A DNA stretch of 64,000 bases. Source: Candidatus Nomurabacteria bacterium. Its GTDB lineage: Bacteria; Patescibacteriota; Minisyncoccia; Phycocordibacterales; UBA918. Shown here one piece after another: positions 1 through 9,308 of the stretch (position 1 is the first letter of the stretch; each line of letters opens with the position of its first letter). The position numbers and the translations under genes are program-made. Where the stretch lies: positions 65,421-129,420 of the forward strand of contig JACKGI010000003.1 in assembly GCA_020632015.1 (NCBI GenBank), in the 5' to 3' direction. The notes under the pieces were generated by a model. It worked only from the letters and a program-made list of their open reading frames with translations, did no database searches and had not been told where the DNA came from.

Positions 1-4
1 ATTC

Positions 5-280
5 ATGACTCATGAAGAGGTTCTTTGCTCGATGAGCGTATTTGACCATATTGGGTCATGGCAGTCAGCTTTTTCGGCAGTGATCCCGTCACTTACGTTG
101 TTACTATCAGCATTAGTCGCTGCGGTACTCATTCTTTCAGTCGCTCCAAATCTGCTTCTCAAACAGAAATTTAGAGAACCGCCACTCTCCAGAGAATTAC
201 TACACCGTACCTACTCATATTCCTACCGCCCACTACAGGAATTATTTTCTAGTGGCATTCTTCACCCAAAACTTTTCTAG
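5..280 (+). CDS. hypothetical membrane protein, possibly the 3' part of an ORF entering from upstream
   Basis: Frame is open from the window edge. One hydrophobic helix (IPSLTLLLSALVAAVLILSV). No recognisable motif. Confidence 0.3.
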   Translation: MTHEEVLCSMSVFDHIGSWQSAFSAVIPSLTLLLSALVAAVLILSVAPNLLLKQKFREPPLSRELLHRTYSYSYRPLQELFSSGILHPKLF

Positions 281-348
281 CGCATTTCAACCAGTAGGAC
301 ATTTTTCTATGTCACTGCTGTTTTTTATGAGCGTAATGAAAAGTAATA

Positions 349-1203
349 ATGAATCAAACAATAATAATTGTCCTCGCTATCGGTATCCTTGCATTGGTTG
401 GTGTAGGTTTCTATTTCTCCAATAGCACAATGATGTCTGATGGAATGGATGAAATGCGTGAACACAATGATAACCTTGCCCCACATGAAATAAGTCCTGG
501 TGATGTCGTGAAAAAAGTGCAGTCAAAAGAAGATTTTGTACTACTTGATGTACGAACTTTAGAAGAATACGAAGAAATGCATTTAGAGAATGCTCTCTTG
601 TTACCAGTCCAAGAGTTGTCACAGGAAACCCTTACCAGAATCGGACTTGGTGAAGATGCAAAAGACAAAGAGATTGTTCTGTATTGTCGGAGTGGTGCTC
701 GAAGCCAAACGGCATACAACGTCATGAAATCACTTGGCTATACGAATATTAAAAGTGTGGCTGGAGGCATGATCCACTGGGAGGAGGATCAGTACCCACT
801 CACAGAGTCTGGTGCCTATACTGGACCGATGATGATGTCTGGTAGTGAAGAAAAAGCAACAAAGGCAGAAGGACCAAAAGTAGCGGTCGACCGCACACTG
901 CATGACTTTGGTATCATCCCGCAATATGGAGGGACTGTTGAGGCAGACTTCACAATAACCAACTCTGGAACAGAAGTTCTTGAGGTAGGGCAACTTACTA
1001 CTAGTTGTAGTTGCACATCAGCAACAATCTCAAACTCATCAATAAAACCAGGTGATAAAGCTACATTAACCGTAGTGTTTGACCCTGACTTCCACGAAGA
1101 GCCGTTTGATGTCTTCAAGCGCACTGTCTTTATTCCAACCAATGACCCAAATAACCCTGAAGCAGAAGTATCAGTGCAGGTTGATATTGCTGAAGGAGAA
1201 TAA
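349..1203 (+). CDS. membrane-anchored rhodanese-domain sulfurtransferase fused to a DUF1573-type domain
   Basis: N-terminal TM helix. Rhodanese active-site loop YCRSGARS. C-terminal HDFG...TSCSCTS...VFDP pattern typical of DUF1573. Confidence 0.75.
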   Translation: MNQTIIIVLAIGILALVGVGFYFSNSTMMSDGMDEMREHNDNLAPHEISPGDVVKKVQSKEDFVLLDVRTLEEYEEMHLENALLLPVQELSQETLTRIGLGEDAKDKEIVLYCRSGARSQTAYNVMKSLGYTNIKSVAGGMIHWEEDQYPLTESGAYTGPMMMSGSEEKATKAEGPKVAVDRTLHDFGIIPQYGGTVEADFTITNSGTEVLEVGQLTTSCSCTSATISNSSIKPGDKATLTVVFDPDFHEEPFDVFKRTVFIPTNDPNNPEAEVSVQVDIAEGE

Positions 1204-1225
1204 TTACTCACTTAAATTAAAAATT

Positions 1226-1699
1226 ATGAACAAATACATTATCGGCACCGTCATACTTGCTGTTGTACTAATTTTTGGAGCAAACTATCTTGGCAACAAG
1301 GATGAAACAACAAAAGCTGCCACAAACGTCACTTCTCCAATTGTCGTGTTAGAAAAGCCATACGATTTTGGAGACATAGACATCTTTGCAGGAAAAGTGA
1401 GTACAAACTATACGCTCAAGAACGAAGGGTTGGAAGATGTGACCATTACGCAAGCAGCCACCAGTTGTATGTGCACTGAGGGTGAAATTGCAGGTTTAAC
1501 ATTCGGCATGCATGGTAGCGAAGTAAAATCAGTTGTCATACCAGCTGGAGGTGAAGAAGTCGTTAAAGCTACGTTTGACCCGCTTGCACACGGTCCAGAA
1601 GGTACTGGGCCAATAACAAGAGAGTTGATACTCAAAACTAATTCACAAGAAACCCCAGACATTAGATTGAAGTTTAGCGGAAATGTTATTAAGAACTAG
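1226..1699 (+). CDS. DUF1573-type anchored/secreted protein
   Basis: Internal ATG at 1226 lies just after the stop of the previous gene, so the tracked 1079 start would overlap it. Signal/TM MNKYIIGTVILAVVLIF. YDFG...TSCMCTEG...FDP motif. Paralogous to the C-terminus of 349-1203. Confidence 0.7.
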   Translation: MNKYIIGTVILAVVLIFGANYLGNKDETTKAATNVTSPIVVLEKPYDFGDIDIFAGKVSTNYTLKNEGLEDVTITQAATSCMCTEGEIAGLTFGMHGSEVKSVVIPAGGEEVVKATFDPLAHGPEGTGPITRELILKTNSQETPDIRLKFSGNVIKN

Positions 1700-1705
1700 A
1701 TAAAA

Positions 1706-2449
1706 ATGACTGAAAATATTCAAACAAAAACTTCCAATAATTATCTCGTCCCCCTGGCAATTGTGATTGCCGGTGGCTTGGTGGCAGGAGCTGTCTTCAT
1801 GAGTAATGGAAGCGGAGGCAACAGCACTGCTACAGCAACAGAGACAGGTCAGCAAGTACAAAAAGAACCAGCTGGGACAACCGACGCGGTGAGAGCTGTT
1901 ACTAAAGATGACCATATCAAAGGAAATCTAGATGCTGCAGTAACGATTGTTGAGTACTCTGACTTTGAGTGCCCATTCTGCAAACGTTTCCACGACACCA
2001 TGAATGAAGTTATGAAAGAAGTCGATGACGGTCAGGTGGCGTGGGTCTTTAGACATTTTCCACTCGACCAATTACATCCAGTTAAAGCACGAGCTGTTGC
2101 AGTGGCCTCAGAGTGTGCAAGTGAACAAGGAGGCAATGAAAGCTTTTGGAAGTTTTCAGATAGGTATATGGAACTGACTCTGTCGAACAACAAAACTCCA
2201 ATCGAAACGGTGATTCCACAAATTGTACAAGAAATTGGTCTTAATAAATCAGCTTTTCAGACTTGTTTTGAGAGTGGAAAGTATGACCAACATATAGAAG
2301 ACGATATAGAGAATGCTATCGAGACTGGCGGACGAGGTACTCCATGGAGTGTGGTCATTGCACCAAATGGAAAAACTTTTCCATTAAATGGAGCACAACC
2401 ACTTGAAGCAGTAAAACAACTTATTAATCTTGCTGCGCAAGAGAAGTAA
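1706..2449 (+). CDS. DsbA-family thiol:disulfide oxidoreductase, membrane anchored
   Basis: Thioredoxin-fold CPFC active site (SDFECPFCKRF), N-terminal TM helix, DsbA-like length. Confidence 0.85.
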   Translation: MTENIQTKTSNNYLVPLAIVIAGGLVAGAVFMSNGSGGNSTATATETGQQVQKEPAGTTDAVRAVTKDDHIKGNLDAAVTIVEYSDFECPFCKRFHDTMNEVMKEVDDGQVAWVFRHFPLDQLHPVKARAVAVASECASEQGGNESFWKFSDRYMELTLSNNKTPIETVIPQIVQEIGLNKSAFQTCFESGKYDQHIEDDIENAIETGGRGTPWSVVIAPNGKTFPLNGAQPLEAVKQLINLAAQEK

Positions 2450-2454
2450 TTGGT

Positions 2455-3009
2455 ATGTGGCAAAGGCAACTTGGTACAGTATTCGCTAACCCAGTGTATG
2501 TATCCACTGCCATATTTATTGCGTGGGCCGTGTTTACCTTTGCTGTCTTACTGCCCAATATTCAACTTATCGGTGTGGTGTTGTTTTCGGATACTGCCTC
2601 AGCTTTAGAGAAAGCAAATTTTCTTTTTAGCCTCTACGGTTCAATTGGCACTAACTTCACACTTGTTTCAGCTTCGTCTACAGTCGTCATAGCAATACTT
2701 TTCGGTATTAATGTGACACTGCTTCTGTATTACATCCGTAAGGTTCGTGATGCTGTAAGTAACTTACGGTCAACAGGTGCAGCGGGTATCAGTGGGCTCA
2801 TAAGTGGAGTACTTGGCATTGGATGTGCTGCTTGTGGAACATTTGTTCTCACTTCAGTGTTGGCTCTCATTGGAGCAGGTGCCCTAGTTACATACCTACC
2901 ATTCAAGGGAGTAGAGTTTGGATTTATAGGGATAGGTTTATTGCTTTACTCTACTTACTCCCTCATTCGAAAAATAAACAGTCCACTGGTGTGTCGTATA
3001 GAAGAATAA
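2455..3009 (+). CDS. polytopic membrane protein with an intramembrane CxxC (GIGCAACGTF)
   Basis: Four to five hydrophobic helices with a CAAC pair inside one helix. Adjacent to the DsbA-like gene, so a redox-partner role is inferred only. Confidence 0.55.
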   Translation: MWQRQLGTVFANPVYVSTAIFIAWAVFTFAVLLPNIQLIGVVLFSDTASALEKANFLFSLYGSIGTNFTLVSASSTVVIAILFGINVTLLLYYIRKVRDAVSNLRSTGAAGISGLISGVLGIGCAACGTFVLTSVLALIGAGALVTYLPFKGVEFGFIGIGLLLYSTYSLIRKINSPLVCRIEE

Positions 3010-3024
3010 TTAATAAATAAAAAT

Positions 3025-4698
3025 ATGAAATATATAGTAGTTATAGGAGCGTTGGTGTTGTTGGTTATTGGAGGATTTTGGTATACCAACAATACTGAGA
3101 ATGGCTACCACATGGACTTCGATGGGGCGATGTCGGGGATGATGCAAGGTGGTGGCAAGGAAAGTCTCACAACACTACCAGACAGAGCATTAGAGAATGT
3201 TAAACCAACGGAGGTTGTTGAATTGAAAGACGGAGATACTTTTGATCTCACTGCATCAATCGTACAACAAGAAGTTGGTAATCGGACAGTGAAGCGACTG
3301 GCATACAATGGTCAGATTCCTGGTCCAGTCCTGAAGGTACAAAAGGGTGCAAAAGTGACCGTAAACTTTACCAACAACATAGATATGGAGACATCACTGC
3401 ACTCACATGGTCTGCGTGGAGATTATCTGATGGACGGTGCTGTTCCAATTACTCCCGCTATTCCGGTCGGAGAAAGTTTCTCATATGAATTGGAGTTCCC
3501 TGATACAGGAGTGTACTGGTATCACCCGCACGTTCGTGAAGACTACCAGCAAGAACTCGGTCTCTATGGAAACATGATTGTTACTGAGGATGGATATTGG
3601 AATCCGGTTGATACAGAGGAATACTTGATTCTTGATGACATTCTCGAGGGAGGTGACTTTAAGAAAGAGGTTGTGACCAACACCTTAATGGGTCGCTTCG
3701 GAAACACGCTTCTAATCAATGACCAAGAAGACTACATCTTAAACGTCAACCAAGGTGAGATAGCTCGATTGTTTCTCACGAACGTTGCCAACACACGGAC
3801 GTTCGACGTCACTTTCGATGGAGCAAAGACAAAACTAGTTGGAGGCGACAATGGACGTATTGAGAAAGAAGTTATGGTTGATGATGTAATTATTGGTACT
3901 TCAGAACGATATGTTGTTGAAGTGCTATATCCAGAAGCAGGCACCTATCCTATTACTCATCGAGGTAAAAAGATTGGTATGGTTGTGGTCAAAAGTAGCA
4001 CTGTGAACAAAAATGCGGAGTTTATGACTCTTCGTTCAAATACAGGTGACTATAGTAATATCCGCTCAAAACAAAGTCAGTTACTTGCTAAGACACCAGA
4101 TAAAAATCTGCGGTTGGACATCGAAATGAAAGGCGTGATGGGTAGCATGATGAATGATATGGGAGGTCAAGGTAACGGCATGATGATGGGTGGGAGTAAC
4201 GACGACGAGATGATGCGGGACCACTGTCAGATGATGCCAGAGATGGCTGGTTGTGAACCGTATCTTGATGAAGGAAGCGAGGAAGCTGGACATGGTGAAG
4301 ATGGTATCGAATGGGAAGACGATATGGCCATGATGAATAACATGAGTACCGATGAAAATATCGAGTGGGTTATTGAAGATACAGACTCAGGAAAGAAGAA
4401 CGACAAAATTGACTGGTCATTCAAGACTGGTGACTTAGTTAAGGTTCGTATATACAATGATGAAAAAGGACTGCATCCGATGCAGCATCCAATCCACTTC
4501 CATGGACAGCGGTTTGTGGTCTTGGCTCGTGATGGTCAAGCTAATGACAACCTACAATGGAAAGACACAGTGTTGATTCCAAAGGGACAGACAATTGATG
4601 TATTGGTCGACATGAGCAACCCAGGCACATGGATGGCACATTGCCACATTGCGGAGCACTTGCACTCAGGAATGATGTTCCAGTTTGAGGTGAAATAA
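3025..4698 (+). CDS. multicopper oxidase (CueO/CopA-like) with a Met/Gly/Asp-rich insert
   Basis: Copper-ligand motifs HSHG, WYHPH, HPIHFHG and HCHIAEHLHSGMM. About 80 aa of Met-rich sequence (MKGVMGSMMNDMGGQGNGMMMGG...). Confidence 0.85.
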   Translation: MKYIVVIGALVLLVIGGFWYTNNTENGYHMDFDGAMSGMMQGGGKESLTTLPDRALENVKPTEVVELKDGDTFDLTASIVQQEVGNRTVKRLAYNGQIPGPVLKVQKGAKVTVNFTNNIDMETSLHSHGLRGDYLMDGAVPITPAIPVGESFSYELEFPDTGVYWYHPHVREDYQQELGLYGNMIVTEDGYWNPVDTEEYLILDDILEGGDFKKEVVTNTLMGRFGNTLLINDQEDYILNVNQGEIARLFLTNVANTRTFDVTFDGAKTKLVGGDNGRIEKEVMVDDVIIGTSERYVVEVLYPEAGTYPITHRGKKIGMVVVKSSTVNKNAEFMTLRSNTGDYSNIRSKQSQLLAKTPDKNLRLDIEMKGVMGSMMNDMGGQGNGMMMGGSNDDEMMRDHCQMMPEMAGCEPYLDEGSEEAGHGEDGIEWEDDMAMMNNMSTDENIEWVIEDTDSGKKNDKIDWSFKTGDLVKVRIYNDEKGLHPMQHPIHFHGQRFVVLARDGQANDNLQWKDTVLIPKGQTIDVLVDMSNPGTWMAHCHIAEHLHSGMMFQFEVK

Positions 4699-4710
4699 CA
4701 ATAAGTAAAT

Positions 4711-4757
4711 ACACTAATAAAACAGGCCTCATAAAGAGGTCTGTTTTATTAGTGTGG
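4711..4757. terminator. long hairpin, bidirectional terminator-like
   Basis: ACACTAATAAAACAGGCCTC / GAGGTCTGTTTTATTAGTGT form 20-bp arms with one mismatch and an ATAAA loop, directly after the oxidase gene. Confidence 0.6.
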
Positions 4758-4776
4758 CTAATGCTATAAATGATTA

Positions 4777-5409
4777 ATGTCAGATAGATGGACAGAAAAT
4801 GTTAAGACAAATCTCTTGCCACTGAGTATTGAGAAAAATGATCTCAGAAAAGCCTTGGCTGAGTGGTTTTATACTGGTAATACATACGACCTTAGTTATC
4901 CTGATGAAAATTGCGAACTATGTAATCACCAAGGAATCAGGTTTCAGTTTGAAATTCAAAATTATCTTACCAAGAGTATCCTTTTAATTGGTTCAGAATG
5001 TATATTGCGTTTTTCTATTTCTGCAGTTGATGATCAAGGAAAAGTCTTAGACCAGAAAGAAACCACCAAAAAAGTTCATAAAGACAGACGGCAGTTAATA
5101 TCAGATGCAAGAACAAAGCGAGTAATTAATAGCTTGGTTGAATTAGCACAAAAAGACACAAAGTTTGACGGGATTGATAGTTCTATTGAATATTTTCAAG
5201 AGAGAGGTGCTTTTTCTCCTAAACATCTATTATTTTTACTTTGGAGGATGAAAGAGAGCGGTGTCTCTTTCAATAAGTCAGATTTCAAAATGACAATTAA
5301 AAGAAACAGAGAAAAGGATCAACTTTTAGATATGAAAGACTGGGAGGTTAGAAAAATATTACCAGCAATGTCTGCCTCACAACAAAAATGGTACCACGAG
5401 CATTCTTAA
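4777..5409 (+). CDS. hypothetical protein with an N-terminal CxxC motif
   Basis: 210-aa ORF containing CELCNHQGIRFQFEIQN...LLIGSECILRF. Its stop overlaps the convergent recombinase stop (TTAA). Confidence 0.5.
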   Translation: MSDRWTENVKTNLLPLSIEKNDLRKALAEWFYTGNTYDLSYPDENCELCNHQGIRFQFEIQNYLTKSILLIGSECILRFSISAVDDQGKVLDQKETTKKVHKDRRQLISDARTKRVINSLVELAQKDTKFDGIDSSIEYFQERGAFSPKHLLFLLWRMKESGVSFNKSDFKMTIKRNREKDQLLDMKDWEVRKILPAMSASQQKWYHEHS

Positions 5410-6701
5410 TTGATACTTAGCGAGAGTGTTTTATTTTTTAATATTAATTTACTTTCCAAACTTTCGAGCAATCTACGTTTTTCATCAATATTTCCATCTT
5501 TCAATATAAACTTGAAGTAAGTCTTAATATCTTTATCCGATACTTTGATTGCAGTACTTTTACCAGACAAAGCCAATTGAAATTTCTTGAATCTAGTCAC
5601 TTCTTCTTTAAGTTTCTTTAGCAGAGTATTTTCTTTTAACTTTATAGTGTCAACTAAATCTTGTAATTGTTTAATTAAATCATTTTCGTTTATATACCCA
5701 CATTTACAATTCTTGTCTTTTGCTTTTGTACAGCCATAGTAGATATGAGTATTAAACTTTCCATTCTTTAATTTCTTGTATTTTTCGTCTGCACTAATAC
5801 CAGAGCCGCACAGACCACAGGTCATTAGCTTGGTAAAAGCGAATTCTTTATCTTGTCTAGTTTTGAGTTGGTTGCCTTTTAGTTGTAATTGAACGGCATC
5901 AAATAGTTCTTTAGTAATTATTGGTTCATGTTTTCCTTTGTACCAAATACCAGCACCTCTTGGGTATTCAAACTCACCATAGTAGAAAGTATTTTCTAAG
6001 AGTTTGTATATGTTGCCGAGGCTGAGATGCTTCTTCCCAAGATGAGTACGAAAGTTTAAATCAAATTTAAGCCAATGATAGAGCTTTCTGCCTGACCATT
6101 GTTCATGGGCAACTTTTTCAAATATCTGCTTGATGACTGGTGCTCTGTCGGGGTCGATAAGACATTCATTCTTTCTGTCTAGTCTCCGTTCTTTTATATA
6201 GCCAGTAGCGGCTGTAGTTGGCCATAATCCAAGTTCACACCTTGCTCTTAGTCCTCGCTTCACATTAATACCCCGGTTGTCATTCTCTAGTTTTGCTTGG
6301 CTACAAAGAATCATTAAGAGAAACTTCTCATTTGGAGAGTTGCTGAATGTCTGTCCATATGTGCGAATAGATAAGAGTTTCCGTTCATCCATCAAATCAA
6401 CTACAGAGCCTAAATCTCCAGCGTTTCTACTTAATCTATCTGGTGCCCACGTAAGAATAGCGTTGAACTTTTCTTGCTTTACATCACCTAGTAATTCTTT
6501 GAATACTGGTCTGTTACCAGAATCCTTGGCTGACTTAGACTCACGTCTTATATCTACAACATCAATATTTTCACGCTCAGCGATTTGGAGCATTTCATTC
6601 ACTTGAGATTCAATTGATAGAGCTTGTCGCTCGTCACTCTCAGTACTTTTTCTTGCATACAAGCAGTATTTTAATTTCTCCACCGTTGCTCCTTCTGACA
6701 T
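5406..6701 (-). CDS. large serine recombinase (rec1)
   Basis: N-terminal resolvase motif YARKSTESDERQALSIESQ; the recombinase-domain and zinc-ribbon cysteines (TCGLCGSG...YYGC); and the coiled-coil C-terminus. Homologous to the 15423-16934 product (shared HEPIITKELFDAVQ). Confidence 0.85.
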   Translation of the reverse strand: MSEGATVEKLKYCLYARKSTESDERQALSIESQVNEMLQIAERENIDVVDIRRESKSAKDSGNRPVFKELLGDVKQEKFNAILTWAPDRLSRNAGDLGSVVDLMDERKLLSIRTYGQTFSNSPNEKFLLMILCSQAKLENDNRGINVKRGLRARCELGLWPTTAATGYIKERRLDRKNECLIDPDRAPVIKQIFEKVAHEQWSGRKLYHWLKFDLNFRTHLGKKHLSLGNIYKLLENTFYYGEFEYPRGAGIWYKGKHEPIITKELFDAVQLQLKGNQLKTRQDKEFAFTKLMTCGLCGSGISADEKYKKLKNGKFNTHIYYGCTKAKDKNCKCGYINENDLIKQLQDLVDTIKLKENTLLKKLKEEVTRFKKFQLALSGKSTAIKVSDKDIKTYFKFILKDGNIDEKRRLLESLESKLILKNKTLSLSIN

Positions 6702-6879
6702 ATCTATATTAATGACAGAACCACAAACCCTGCATAGCTATGCAAACAACAGAAACGTTATATACTCGCTTAGCAAAGGTTGAGTTTTGCGATATGATTG
6801 CCTTTAATAGCTTGGGAAGCTATTATATTGAACACAACAAAGACCTAACCCGACAGCTTGCTGGCGATATGGTCGTAAA

Positions 6880-6997
6880 ACCCGCTAGAGATCAAAGGAC
6901 TCCCAGTCAGAGTCACTCTAGCGGGTCATACCTGGAAACGGGTATGGGTCTGGCCGAAAGGTTGGATCGCAATGGCTGGGAGCCTTTTGGTATCCCA
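6880..6997 (+). ncRNA. candidate structured RNA or recombination-site region (unclassified)
   Basis: Consecutive stems: CCCGCTAGAG/CTCTAGCGGG enclosing GACTC..GAGTC; CATACC/GGTATG; CTGGCC-GAAA-GGTTGG with G.U pairs valid only on the + strand; CTGGGA/TCCCAG. Confidence 0.3.
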
Positions 6998-7028
6998 GTA
7001 TTTAACAAAATTAAATCCCGCTAGATTT

Positions 7029-7490
7029 ATGACAAATGAACAAACAAAGAAATGTAAGGAATGCCAGATGGACATTCCTAAAAAAGCACGACGGTGTCCT
7101 CATTGCCGAGCTAAACAAGGAATTGGATTGGGAGGACTAATATTAATTCTATTTCTTGGAGGATCTATCCTATCAGTTGTGATGTCCACGATAAGTGATA
7201 TCAGTAGTACCTCTAATACTAACTACGATGTAGGGACATATGTGCCTCCAGTTCGTGAAGGGGCATTTGAATTAGGAACATACAAAGTTGAATCAACTGA
7301 ATTCGCATATATCAATCCAAAAGAAGTTAACCTTTGGCAGTCATATTCTGACCGAAAGAAAGTTGGCTCAGTGAAAGAACACGCTGTGGTTGAGGTAACT
7401 GCTTATGATGAAGCGAATGACTACTGTAAAGTAACGGCTGGTGAGCAGACGGGCTGGACGGCATGTAATTGGTTAGTAAAAGCAGAGTAA
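7029..7490 (+). CDS. zinc-ribbon, TM and SH3b-like domain protein
   Basis: CKEC...CPHC zinc ribbon, one TM helix, C-terminal SH3-like segment. Start moved to ATG 7029 because upstream codons lie in the structured intergenic region. Confidence 0.55.
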   Translation: MTNEQTKKCKECQMDIPKKARRCPHCRAKQGIGLGGLILILFLGGSILSVVMSTISDISSTSNTNYDVGTYVPPVREGAFELGTYKVESTEFAYINPKEVNLWQSYSDRKKVGSVKEHAVVEVTAYDEANDYCKVTAGEQTGWTACNWLVKAE

Positions 7491-7492
7491 TT

Positions 7493-8929
7493 TTATCCCA
7501 GTAGGATACCTCGCTTTTTAGGTTTGCGATTCACTAGTATCTCAAGAATTGACATCGAAAAGGCGTCGGCTAGATCGTCGTGTTTTTCAACTCCAAAGTG
7601 AATTAATTCCTGCTCTAGTTTTGAGGATGCTCCAAAGGGAAAGAATACCTGTCCCGCACTTAACGGTGTGGCAGCTAAACTCAGCCGTTCACGCTTATCT
7701 CCTTGTGGTCTGATGCCTTCGACTTTAACATCATCTTCCTTAAGCTGTTGCACGATTGCTTCTTGATAGGCTACGTTCTCAATAAAGAACAATGGATCAA
7801 GTAAATACTTGGAGCGGAGTTTGTATTCAAGAAGCTTTATCTCCTGACAAGTCTCAGGAAAACTTAATCGTTTGTGTACGATTTCAGGTAGAATGTAAAG
7901 ATAAAGTTTTCTATCTTTCTCACAAGCTAGTATAGGTACTATTGCTGTGAAGTCAGCGTAGCTTTGTTTTGAAATAGCTAAATCAACTCCCACATATATT
8001 CCAAGCTGATGCATATCAGTGGGTATGTCGTGATAATGCTTGATCCATAGAGGATCTATGATTTGTCCTTCGTCAGCTATTAGTCTAAGTAGGTATTCTC
8101 GCTCCCATGCTTTAGCACTCATGACCTCTTTCTTGAGTTCAGCTAATGACTCAGGAGTTGTAAACTTTTCAGGCCATAAACACTCTCCGTTCTTGTCGAT
8201 AAGCGGAAACGCCTTGAATACACCTGACACCTCATCATTCTGAATCTTCTCTCGTAATCGCAAGATAAGTGAATCGTCATGGACTAAATTACCGATTAGA
8301 ATAATCTTTGTACCTAGATCACCCGAGGGAATAATTTCACTGGTAAACCAATTGAATGTCTTGTCTCGACCCTCTTGGGTTTTAGTGGAGCTAATGTCTT
8401 CAATGTCGTCACAGATAATTAAATCAGGTCGATGACTTTTATGTCGCAGTCCACGCATACTTTGATCGGCAGAAAGGACAGTAATGCGTGCATCATACTT
8501 AGGAATTACAATTGAAGATGCTCTCCATTCGTCTTGTGGTTCCTCAAACGGTCCAAGGTCTTGTCGCAAAAGTTCATTCCGTTCCAACTCTGCTTTAATG
8601 TTTTGTAGTAGCTGTTTCGCTTGAGGTTGTGTACGGGAGATTAACAGCACAAACTTTTTTTGTTGTACTCCAAGTATCGACCAAATTGGGTAGGACAGTG
8701 AAAAAATAGTGGACTTGGCAGATCCGCGGAAGGCTACCAAAACTGCTAGTTTTAGATCAGTCCGTTCAGTTATTTCAATCATTTCAGAATGAAACTTTGC
8801 ACTTGGATATTTCAGGTATTCACTAAAATACACAGGCAAGAAATAACCATGACTACGTGTAGTTATTTCACGTCTCACTAACGGATCAGAGATAACTCGT
8901 TCAAGTAATTCAAGTGGCATGTTATACAT
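7493..8929 (-). CDS. phage terminase large subunit-like protein
   Basis: Walker A-like FRGSAKST, Walker B LIICDDIED, and C-terminal RNase H-like nuclease acidic residues (GVDLA, ENVAYQ, HDDLADAF). Length 478 aa. Confidence 0.75.
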   Translation of the reverse strand: MYNMPLELLERVISDPLVRREITTRSHGYFLPVYFSEYLKYPSAKFHSEMIEITERTDLKLAVLVAFRGSAKSTIFSLSYPIWSILGVQQKKFVLLISRTQPQAKQLLQNIKAELERNELLRQDLGPFEEPQDEWRASSIVIPKYDARITVLSADQSMRGLRHKSHRPDLIICDDIEDISSTKTQEGRDKTFNWFTSEIIPSGDLGTKIILIGNLVHDDSLILRLREKIQNDEVSGVFKAFPLIDKNGECLWPEKFTTPESLAELKKEVMSAKAWEREYLLRLIADEGQIIDPLWIKHYHDIPTDMHQLGIYVGVDLAISKQSYADFTAIVPILACEKDRKLYLYILPEIVHKRLSFPETCQEIKLLEYKLRSKYLLDPLFFIENVAYQEAIVQQLKEDDVKVEGIRPQGDKRERLSLAATPLSAGQVFFPFGASSKLEQELIHFGVEKHDDLADAFSMSILEILVNRKPKKRGILLG

Positions 8930-9308
8930 GATCAGTTTTGATTAAATTAGCGTATTGAAGTGCTTGTTTAATAGTGTCTTTTTGTTCATCAGATAGCTCG
9001 GTATGTTTTGCTTCTTGAGTACGTAGTGGTTTGCTAGCGAAACGTTGGTGATTATTAGTAAGCCACAGACGTATGGCTGAGAACTTGCGATCTTTGATTA
9101 ACTGAAGCAACTGACTTTCACTCATGTCATTTACGAATGCCACACCTTCAGCTTCCGCTTCGGTAAGTCGTTTAGCAAAGTCTGAGTCTTCTCGTTTCCA
9201 TCGGTAGACAGTATTGCGTGAGATACCAGATTTTTCGCACGCAACTTGTATGATCGGCACTTTCCGTACCTCATCAAGAAATGTATCCATGTGACTAATT
9301 TTCTTCAT
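8922..9308 (-). CDS. HTH protein, probable terminase small subunit
   Basis: N-terminal HTH (SGISRNTVYRWKRE). Overlaps and precedes the large terminase gene. Confidence 0.5.
   Translation of the reverse strand: MKKISHMDTFLDEVRKVPIIQVACEKSGISRNTVYRWKREDSDFAKRLTEAEAEGVAFVNDMSESQLLQLIKDRKFSAIRLWLTNNHQRFASKPLRTQEAKHTELSDEQKDTIKQALQYANLIKTDHV

Noticed and set aside
1079-1225. N-terminal extension of the DUF1573 gene (tracked start 1079)
   Set aside because: It would overlap the 3' end of the previous gene by 125 nt in another frame, and the extension has no signal-peptide logic. ATG 1226 gives a normal signal/TM start.
6740-7024. 94-aa ORF in the rec1 upstream intergenic region
   Set aside because: It coincides with consecutive strong stem-loops, has no promoter or start context, and the downstream gene has a better start at 7029.
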